Shown here in pieces: positions 1 to 6,307 of a DNA stretch of 10,383 bases. This stretch comes from Myxococcales bacterium (lineage in GTDB: Bacteria > Myxococcota > Myxococcia > Myxococcales > Anaeromyxobacteraceae): assembly GCA_038320275.1 (NCBI GenBank), contig JBBQEB010000137.1, positions 1-10,383 on the forward strand, in the 5' to 3' direction. The first letter of the stretch is position 1. The number at the start of each line of letters is the position of its first letter. The notes under the pieces were generated by a model. The model was not told the DNA's origin, did not search any database, and saw only the letters and a program-made list of their open reading frames with translations. The position numbers and the translations under genes are program-made.

Positions 1-1
1 G

Positions 2-964
2 GAGGGCTCGCTCCAGCCGGAGCTGAGCTTCGCGCTCGCCCGCCGGAACGGAGTGGATCTCGGCCATGCGAACGTCGAGGCGCTGCGCGCCGCTTACGAC
101 TTCACCGACCTCCAATCCTTTCTCGACCTCTACTACGCCGGCGCGAGCGTTCTCCGGACCGAGGAAGACTTTCACGACCTCGCCTGGGCCTACCTCGAGG
201 GAGCGGCGAAGCAGCACGTCCTGCGGGCCGAGATCTTCTTCGACCCGCAGACCCACACCGCGCGAGGCGTGCCGCTCGCGACGGTGGTGGCAGGGCTCGC
301 CCGCGCCTGCGAGGAGGCGCGGGAGCTCGGGGTGAGCACGGGGCTCATCCTGTGCTTCCTGCGCCACCTCGACGAGGCCTCGGCCTTCCAGACCCTCGAG
401 GAGGCGCTCCCCCACCGCGACCAGATCCTCGGCGTGGGGCTCGACTCGGGCGAGAGGGGAAACCCGCCCGAGCGGTTCGCGCGCGTCTTCGCGCGCTGCC
501 GCGAGCTGGGCTTCCGCCTGGTCGCCCATGCGGGCGAGGAGGGCCCCGCCGCGTACGTCCGGACCGCGCTCGACGTCCTGCGGGTGGAGCGCATCGACCA
601 TGGCGTCCGCTGCCTCGAGGATCGGTCCCTGGTCGAGCGCCTCGCGCGCGAGCGCATCCCGCTCACCGTCTGCCCGCTCTCCAACGTGCGCCTGCGCGTC
701 TTCTCACGCATGGAGGATCACGTCCTCGGGCGCATGCTCGAGGACGGCCTCGCCGTCACCGTGAACTCGGACGACCCGGCCTACTTCGGCGGCGACCTGA
801 ACGAGAACTTCACGCAGGCGTTCGCCGCCCTGCGCCTCGGCGCGGACGCCGCCTACTCCCTCGCGCGAAACGGGTTCGAGGCCGCCTTCGTGGAGCCCGC
901 CGAGCGCAGGCGCTTCGTGGAACGGCTGGACGCCTACGCCTCTGGCTTCGAGCGGGCGCGCTGA
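2..964 (+). CDS. add: Adenine deaminase (adenosine deaminase family amidohydrolase), 5'-truncated by the window edge
   Basis: The frame is open from base 2 (EGSLQPELSFALARRNGVDL...), so the real start lies upstream of the window and GTG53 is not the start. Motifs LQSFLDLYY, EIFFDPQTH, LCFLRH, GLDSGE, HAGEEG, RIDHGV, TVCPLSN and NSDDPAYFGG match the PA0148-type adenine deaminase subgroup of the ADA family. Confidence 0.93.
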   Translation, partial: EGSLQPELSFALARRNGVDLGHANVEALRAAYDFTDLQSFLDLYYAGASVLRTEEDFHDLAWAYLEGAAKQHVLRAEIFFDPQTHTARGVPLATVVAGLARACEEARELGVSTGLILCFLRHLDEASAFQTLEEALPHRDQILGVGLDSGERGNPPERFARVFARCRELGFRLVAHAGEEGPAAYVRTALDVLRVERIDHGVRCLEDRSLVERLARERIPLTVCPLSNVRLRVFSRMEDHVLGRMLEDGLAVTVNSDDPAYFGGDLNENFTQAFAALRLGADAAYSLARNGFEAAFVEPAERRRFVERLDAYASGFERAR

Positions 965-967
965 GTC

Positions 968-1468
968 ATGAGCGCTCCTCCTACCGCCGCCGCCGTCGAC
1001 GAGGGCTACCTGCGCAGGTCCTTCGAGGTGGCGCGCCGCGCCCTCGAGCACGGAAACCACCCCTTCGGCGCGATCCTGGTCGGGCCGGACGGAGACGTGC
1101 TGCTGGAGGTCGAGAACGGCTACCTGCCGGATCGCGACATGACGGCGCACGCGGAGAGAGTGCTGGCGACGCGCGCCTCGCGCGAGCACGGCCCCGCCTT
1201 CCTGGCCCGCTGCACGCTCTACAGTTCGGCCGAACCGTGCGCGATGTGCGCCGGGGCGGCGTACTGGGCCGGCATCGGCCGCGTCGTGTATGCCCTGAGC
1301 GAGCGCCGGCTGAAGGAGATCACCGGCAGTCATCCGGAGAACCCCACCCTCGACCTCCCGTGCCGCGCCGTGCTCGCGGCGGGGCAGCGCAAGGTGGAGG
1401 TGGAGGGTCCGCTCCTCGAGGACGAGGCCGCCGCGGTCCACCAGGGCGTGTGGGAGCGGAGGGAGTAA
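968..1468 (+). CDS. Nucleoside/nucleobase deaminase (cytidine/deoxycytidylate deaminase fold, Zn-dependent); substrate uncertain
   Basis: Contains GNHPFGAILV, the HAE motif (TAHAE) and PCxxC (AEPCAMC). Starts 3 nt after the add stop, consistent with co-transcription. Confidence 0.9.
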   Translation: MSAPPTAAAVDEGYLRRSFEVARRALEHGNHPFGAILVGPDGDVLLEVENGYLPDRDMTAHAERVLATRASREHGPAFLARCTLYSSAEPCAMCAGAAYWAGIGRVVYALSERRLKEITGSHPENPTLDLPCRAVLAAGQRKVEVEGPLLEDEAAAVHQGVWERRE

Positions 1469-1482
1469 CCCGGCCGCCAGCG

Positions 1483-2886
1483 CTACATCACGCCCTGGTA
1501 CACCGGACCGAAGGGCGCGCGCTTCACGAACTGCCCAGCTCCCGGTTCGGCCCTGAGATCCCCGTCCGCCCAGACGTGGCGGCCGCGCGCCAGCGTGTGA
1601 ACCACCACGCCCTTCACCTCGCGCCCTTCCCAGACCGAGAAGTCGGTGCGCTGGTGCTGGGTGCGCGCCGAGAGCGTCTTCGTCCGCGCGGGGTCGAGGA
1701 CGATGACGTCCGCGTCGGCGCCCGGCTCGAGCGAGCCCTTCCTCGGCCAGAGGTTGAACACCCGGGCCGCGTTCGTGGACGTGAGCGCCACGAAGCGCTC
1801 GGGCGTGAGCCGCGAGCCGTTCACCCCCAGCTGCCAGAGGACGTGGAGCCGGTCCTCCACGCCCCCGCAGCCGTTCGGAATGCGCGTGAAGTTCCCGAGC
1901 CCGAGGCGCTTCTGCTCCTTCGTGAAGCAGCAGTGGTCGGTCCCGGTCGTGCCGAGGTCGCCAGCGTCGACTGCCCGCCAGAGCGCCTCCTGGTGACGGG
2001 CGGGCCGATAGGGCGGGCTCATCACATGGCCCGCCGCGAAGTCGAAGTCCGTGCTCTCGTACACCGACGCGTCGATGGCGAGGAACCCGGGCAGCGTCTC
2101 CCCGACGATCTTCGCACCGCGCGCGCGCGCCTGCCCGATGGCCTCCGCCGCGCCGGCCGCCGACACGTGCACCACGTAGAGCGGAACGTCGAGCACCTCT
2201 GCCATCGTCACCGCGCGGAAGGTGGCCTCAGCCTCGCACTGCGGCGGGCGAGAGAGGACGTGGCCGCGAGGGCCGGTGATGCCCTCGGCGAGGAGCTTCG
2301 CCTGGAGATGCGCGATGAGGTCGCCGTTCTCGGCGTGGATCTGGGGCAGCGCGCCGAGCTCGCGACAGCGCAGGAAGCCCTCGATGACAAGCTCGTCGGG
2401 CAGCATGAGCCCGCCTTTGTAGGCGAGGAAGAACTTGAAGCTCGTGACGCCGTGCTCGCGGACGAGGGGCTCCATCTCCGCCGCGAAGCGCTCGCCCCAC
2501 CAGGAGACGGTCATGTGAAGCCCGTAGTCGATGCAGGCGCGGCGGGCCCATCCCTGCCAGCGCGCGAGCGCCTCGATGGGCGGCTCGCCCCGGTCCGGCC
2601 CGACGAAGTCGATGAGGGTCGTGGTCCCGCCGGCGGCGGCGGCGGCGGTGCCGGACGCGAAATCGTCGGCGACGACGGTGCCCATCATGGGAAGCTGGAG
2701 GTGGGTGTGCGGGTCGATCCCGCCCGGCATCACGAAGCACCCGCCGGCGTCGATCGCCTCCGCACCGGGGGGCGCGACGATGCCCTCCGCGACGGATGCG
2801 ATCTGCCCCTCGCGGCAGAGCACGTCCGCGCGGCGCCGGCCGGCCGCCGTCACCACCGTGCCCCCGCGAACCAGGATGTCGGTCAT
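1483..2886 (-). CDS. hydA: Dihydropyrimidinase / D-hydantoinase (467 aa)
   Basis: Start taken as ATG2886 (MTDILVRGGTVVT), preceded by an AGGAAG SD-like sequence; the ORF-track extension to 3213 is low-complexity and overlaps the next gene. Motifs: PGGIDPHTH, GGTTT, SFKFFLAYK (carbamylated Lys), IHAENG, YVVHVS, TGTDHC, IPNGCGGVE, TNAARVFNLWPRKG, GADAD. Confidence 0.93.
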   Translation of the reverse strand: MTDILVRGGTVVTAAGRRRADVLCREGQIASVAEGIVAPPGAEAIDAGGCFVMPGGIDPHTHLQLPMMGTVVADDFASGTAAAAAGGTTTLIDFVGPDRGEPPIEALARWQGWARRACIDYGLHMTVSWWGERFAAEMEPLVREHGVTSFKFFLAYKGGLMLPDELVIEGFLRCRELGALPQIHAENGDLIAHLQAKLLAEGITGPRGHVLSRPPQCEAEATFRAVTMAEVLDVPLYVVHVSAAGAAEAIGQARARGAKIVGETLPGFLAIDASVYESTDFDFAAGHVMSPPYRPARHQEALWRAVDAGDLGTTGTDHCCFTKEQKRLGLGNFTRIPNGCGGVEDRLHVLWQLGVNGSRLTPERFVALTSTNAARVFNLWPRKGSLEPGADADVIVLDPARTKTLSARTQHQRTDFSVWEGREVKGVVVHTLARGRHVWADGDLRAEPGAGQFVKRAPFGPVYQGVM

Positions 2887-2964
2887 GGGGTGCTTCTTCC
2901 TGGGATGCGGCTCCCCCGTCAAGCGCGGCGTCGTCGGGGAGTCGGGCCTGGACGAGAGGGTGAA

Positions 2965-2973
2965 TGGTATGAT
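2965..2973 (+). promoter_or_regulatory. Putative extended -10 promoter element (TG-n-TATGAT) for the 8-oxoguanine deaminase gene
   Basis: TGGTATGAT is an AT-rich patch in the 127-bp divergent intergenic region, about 40 nt before GTG3014. No properly spaced -35 element was seen. Confidence 0.4.
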
Positions 2974-3013
2974 GCGCGGCCCACGTCCTCTCACGCCCCG
3001 GATCCCGCCGCCC

Positions 3014-4405
3014 GTGACCGCCCCGACCCTCCTCGTCCGAGACGCCGCGCTCGTCGCCACCTTCGACGGCGACCGCCGCGAGCTGCGCGACACGTCCATC
3101 TTCGTGCGCGGGAACGTCGTCGAGGCCATCGGCCCACTCGCCGAGCTGCCGCGCGCCGCCGACGAGGTCCTCGATGCCCGGGGGCACCTGGTCGTGCCCG
3201 GGCTCGTCAACACGCACCATCACATGTGCCAGTCGCTGACCCGCGCCGTTCCTGCGGTGCAGGACGCCGAGCTCTTCTCCTGGCTGTCCGGCCTCTATCC
3301 CATCTGGGCCCGGCTCACGCCCGAGATGATCCGCGTCGCGACGCAGGTCGCGATGGCCGAGCTCCTCCTCTCCGGCTGCACCACCACCAGCGATCACCTC
3401 TACATCTACCCGAACGGCATCCGGCTCGACGACAGCATCGAGGGCGCCCGCGCGGCGGGGATGCGCTTCACGGCGACGCGCGGGTCGATGAGCGTCGGGC
3501 GCAGCAAGGGCGGCCTTCCGCCCGACGAGGTGGTGGAGCGCGAGGACCACGTCCTGCGCGAGACCGAGCGGCTCATCGGCGCCTACCACGACCCTCGTCG
3601 CGGCTCCATGCTGCAGATCGCGGTCGCGCCCTGCTCGCCGTTCACCGTGAGTCAGGAGCTCATGCGCGATTCGGCGCAGCTCGCCCGCTCCCACGGCGTA
3701 CGCCTCCACACGCACCTCGCCGAGAACGACCACGACGTCGCCTACACGCGCGAGAAGTTCGGCTGCACGCCCGCCGAGTACGCGGAGAGGCTGGGCTGGC
3801 TGGGTCCGGACGTCTGGCACGCACACTGCGTCAAGCTGGACGCCCCCGGCAGGAAGCGCTTCGCGGAGACCGGCACGGGCGTCGCGCACTGCCCCTCGAG
3901 CAACATGCGGCTCGCGAGCGGCATCGCGCCGGTGCTGGCGATGCGCGAGGCCGGCGTCGCGGTCGGGCTCGGCGTCGATGGCAGCGCCAGCAACGACGCG
4001 GCGCAGATGGTGGCGGAGGCGCGCCAGGCGATGCTGCTTCAGCGGGTGGGTGTCGCGCTGGAGCCGTTCGGCTGCGACCGCGGACCCTCGGCGATGACGG
4101 CGCGAGACGCGCTCACGCTCGCCACCCGGGGAGGCGCACAGGTCCTCGGACGCTCGGACATCGGTCACCTGGCGCCAGGGATGTGCGCGGATCTTGCGCT
4201 CTTCGACCTCGACACGGTGGCCTTCGCTGGGGGCGCCGTGCACGATCCCCTGGGCGCGCTCCTCCTCTGCGCCTCCGCGCAGGCGGCCTACACGGTGGTG
4301 GACGGCCGGGTGGTGGTGCGTGAGGGGCGGCTCTGCTCGTTCGAGCTCGAGCCGGTGGTCCGGCGCCACGTGGAGCTCGCGCGCGAGCTCGTCGCAGGCG
4401 GGTGA
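3014..4405 (+). CDS. 8-oxoguanine deaminase (amidohydrolase, AtzB/SsnA-like group)
   Basis: Likely start is GTG3014 (VTAPTLLVRDA), with in-frame ATGs at 2969/2972 as alternatives. Motifs: PGLVNTHHHMCQ (Gln after HxH), LYPIW, GCTTTSDHLY, RGSMSVG, APCSPF (PCS motif diagnostic of 8-oxoG deaminase), HTHLAE, HCPSSNMRLASG, GVDGSASND. Confidence 0.9.
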   Translation: MTAPTLLVRDAALVATFDGDRRELRDTSIFVRGNVVEAIGPLAELPRAADEVLDARGHLVVPGLVNTHHHMCQSLTRAVPAVQDAELFSWLSGLYPIWARLTPEMIRVATQVAMAELLLSGCTTTSDHLYIYPNGIRLDDSIEGARAAGMRFTATRGSMSVGRSKGGLPPDEVVEREDHVLRETERLIGAYHDPRRGSMLQIAVAPCSPFTVSQELMRDSAQLARSHGVRLHTHLAENDHDVAYTREKFGCTPAEYAERLGWLGPDVWHAHCVKLDAPGRKRFAETGTGVAHCPSSNMRLASGIAPVLAMREAGVAVGLGVDGSASNDAAQMVAEARQAMLLQRVGVALEPFGCDRGPSAMTARDALTLATRGGAQVLGRSDIGHLAPGMCADLALFDLDTVAFAGGAVHDPLGALLLCASAQAAYTVVDGRVVVREGRLCSFELEPVVRRHVELARELVAGG

Positions 4406-4506
4406 GCGCGGCGGCGCGAGCTCGCGGACCGCGCCGTCGTCTTCGACACACCGGTGTGGCAACGCCCGCAGCCGGCTCCCGACGGCCGCGACGACGCGCG
4501 ACGCGA

Positions 4507-4572
4507 CGGGCGCTGGCGTTCGGCGTCGCGAAGGGGAACGCGACCACGCCCGCCCTGGACGGCCAGCGCCCG
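4507..4572. other. Long imperfect hairpin / inverted repeat
   Basis: Perfect 11-bp IR CGGGCGCTGGC (4507-4517) / GCCAGCGCCCG (4562-4572). It encloses an inner stem GTCGCG (4525-4530) / CGCGAC (4539-4544) around the loop AAGGGGAA. Confidence 0.5.
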
Positions 4573-4617
4573 CTCGGTGAAGATACCGGTGCTCGCAACA
4601 GGAGAGGGACGGACGCC

Positions 4618-4764
4618 ATGTACTCCGTGTACATCAACGAAGGGTATGCTGGGTCCTTCGCCACGGCCGCAGAGGCGATGGTCCATGTCGACGAGGCAGC
4701 CCGCCCATACGGGAGTCGCTGGAAGGTCACCGATCCGTTCGGCAATCTGTACGCGCAGAGCTGA
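4618..4764 (+). CDS. Small hypothetical protein (48 aa)
   Basis: ATG4618 follows a strong AGGAGAGGG SD (~4600-4608). The translation MYSVYINEGYAGSFATAAEAMVHVDEAARPYGSRWKVTDPFGNLYAQS has protein-like composition and mostly G/C third positions, unlike the Arg/Ala-rich upstream extension in the ORF track. Confidence 0.7.
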   Translation: MYSVYINEGYAGSFATAAEAMVHVDEAARPYGSRWKVTDPFGNLYAQS

Positions 4765-4943
4765 GGTCCACACGTCGCACCGGGGTGTGCCTTGTCGGAC
4801 GGTCGGCCGTCGAGGACCCGGCGCGCCGTGCGCTCCCTGGGTGCCGCTCCGGCGTGGCAGACCCGGCCGCTCGTAGGTGCGGCCCCGGACTCGGCGCGCG
4901 ACTATGTCTCACGGGCGCCGTGGGTCGCGGCCGGGGGAACGAC

Positions 4944-5687
4944 ATGACTTCATCCAGGCAGCCCTCACGCAACAGCACCTCACTCGCCCTCGGCGCAGCG
5001 CTGCTCGCGCTGGCCGGCTGCGGCGGCACGAGCTCCAACGCCATCAACGCCTCTGGGGACGCGGGGTCCCTCACGGACGGCGGATCCCTCCCGGATGGCG
5101 GTGTGGGGATGAACGACGGCGGCGCGGGCACCGATGGCGGGCCGGGGGCCACCAGCCTGGTGAGCCATCCCCAGAACCCGGCAGGCGGGCTCTTCCTGTC
5201 CTCGTGGTACCCGCCGAACGGCACCGATGCCGACGAGTACGCTTACGACGACTTCACCCTGCCCGCGACGCACGCCATCACCCAGGTGGCTTGGCGCGGC
5301 GGTTACCTGCGTGGCGGGTCGCAGGTTACCGGCTTCACCATCACCATTTTTCCTTCCCTCGCCGACGGCACCCAGCCGCAGACCGGGAACCCCCAGCTGG
5401 CCGAGAGCCCTCTCGCCGCGTACAAGGTGACCGGGAGCGCGGGTCAGACGCCGGCGGGCACGATCGCCGGGATCGCCTTCTACGATTACTCTTTCACCCT
5501 CCCGACCCCGTTCCAGGCGACCGGCGGAACCAAGTACTGGATCCGCATCGAGGGAGAGCAGCCTTCCCAGCCGGACTGGGGGATGGCTAGCGCGACCGGC
5601 GGCGACGGGATGTACTTCCGGTTCCAGACCGGGGCGGCGAGGTTCAGCACCATCAAGAGCGGCGACCTCGCCTTCACGCTCCGATGA
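4944..5687 (+). CDS. Putative lipoprotein (247 aa): DGG-repeat linker plus a beta-rich extracellular domain
   Basis: ATG4944 follows GGGGGAAC. The signal peptide ends in the lipobox LAG|C (Cys26). Linker GDAGSLTDGGSLPDGGVGMNDGGAGTDGG (~5058-5141). The C-terminal domain carries YDDFTL...ITQVAWRGGY...FTITI...GTKYWIRI...DLAFTL. Confidence 0.8.
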   Translation: MTSSRQPSRNSTSLALGAALLALAGCGGTSSNAINASGDAGSLTDGGSLPDGGVGMNDGGAGTDGGPGATSLVSHPQNPAGGLFLSSWYPPNGTDADEYAYDDFTLPATHAITQVAWRGGYLRGGSQVTGFTITIFPSLADGTQPQTGNPQLAESPLAAYKVTGSAGQTPAGTIAGIAFYDYSFTLPTPFQATGGTKYWIRIEGEQPSQPDWGMASATGGDGMYFRFQTGAARFSTIKSGDLAFTLR

Positions 5688-5706
5688 ACGCCCGGCCCCT
5701 CCAATC

Positions 5707-5779
5707 TCACGATCCGTGACTTTCGTCGTCCTCACGGAAAGTGAGAACGGGGGTTTTGCGCGGTTCTCACGGCGCGTGA
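5707..5779. promoter_or_regulatory. Three palindromic TCACG-N3-(C/A)GTGA sites (putative protein-binding array)
   Basis: TCACGATCCGTGA (5707-5719), TCACGGAAAGTGA (5732-5744) and TCACGGCGCGTGA (5767-5779), all preceded by C. Function unknown. Confidence 0.5.
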
Positions 5780-5836
5780 CAAGCGGCTCGAAGGCGAGTG
5801 TGGAGGGTCGCTCTTCGAGGGCGGCCACCTGCGGCG

Positions 5837-6073
5837 GCCTTCGCCCAGGGTAAACCGCCGCGGCGGGTACGCCAGGCCACGCCGAGCCAGCCGTGCGCCT
5901 TGCCTCTGCCCACGGCGAACGGCCGCCGCGCGCACGCAGCGCCAGCCGCCCCCTCTGCTTTCGCTCCAGGAAACGGCCGCGGTGCGTACGCCACGCCACG
6001 CCAGCCGTGCGCTCGGCCTTCACTCAGGGCAAACCGGAAGGGCTGACGTACGGCCCTGCCAGCCGCTCGCGCT
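5837..6073. repeat. Degenerate tandem repeat, 4 units of ~55-65 bp
   Basis: Units start at 5837 (gccttcgcccagggtaaac), 5902 (gcctctgcccacggcgaac), 5957 (gctttcgctccaggaaac) and 6016 (gccttcactcagggcaaac). Each has a central g(t/c)acg and an invariant GCCAGCCG at 5886, 5941, 6000 and 6058. Confidence 0.8.
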
Positions 6074-6277
6074 TCATGCCCCGCGCTTGCGCCGCACCGT
6101 GATCGACTCGCCGCCCACCCCCCAGTTGTCGGTCTCGACCTCCTCGATCACGACCACGGTGGTGGCGGGGTTCTTCCCGAGCTTGTCGCGCAGCAACTCT
6201 GTGACGCCGCGGATGAGCTCCGCCTTCTGCTCGGTGGTGGCGCCCTCGCGGGTGATCTTGATGTTCACGTAAGGCAT
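6074..6277 (-). CDS. 4-oxalocrotonate tautomerase family protein
   Basis: 67 aa with catalytic Pro1 after Met (MPYVNIKI), EQKAELIRGVT and VVIEEVETDNWGVGG. AGAGGAG SD lies upstream. Confidence 0.93.
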   Translation of the reverse strand: MPYVNIKITREGATTEQKAELIRGVTELLRDKLGKNPATTVVVIEEVETDNWGVGGESITVRRKRGA

Positions 6278-6307
6278 GGCGCGTTCTCCTCTGGATGTGT
6301 CGTGGGC

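Noticed and set aside
1469..1482. Terminator between the convergent deaminase and hydA genes
   Set aside because: The gap is only 14 bp, with no convincing stem-loop or U-tract.
2917..2922. TTGACG -35-like hexamer on the minus strand upstream of hydA
   Set aside because: There is no -10-like hexamer at 16-18 bp spacing (GAAGAA is found there).
352..4323. 1323-aa + strand ORF
   Set aside because: Shadow frame in high-GC DNA. It is Arg/Pro/Gly-rich, and it overlaps four genes with clear family motifs, out of frame or antisense.
2228..4462. 744-aa - strand ORF
   Set aside because: Antisense to the 8-oxoG deaminase and out of frame with hydA; no recognisable motifs.
6021..6065. c-di-GMP-I (GEMM) riboswitch-like start AGGGCAAACC (also GGGTAAACC at ~5848)
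   Set aside because: It lacks the GNRA-capped stem and GACGCAAAGC continuation, has no downstream same-strand gene, and is explained as the repeat-unit head.
5837..6073. Possible CRISPR array
   Set aside because: The repeats are degenerate, the intervening segments resemble each other rather than being unique spacers, and no cas genes are present in the window.
5732..6102. Several short ORFs across the intergenic repeat (5732-5935, 5767-5994, 5798-6046, 5893-6102)
   Set aside because: Arg/Ala/Pro-rich translations with no convincing SD, and the repeat unit lengths (65, 55, 59) are not multiples of three.
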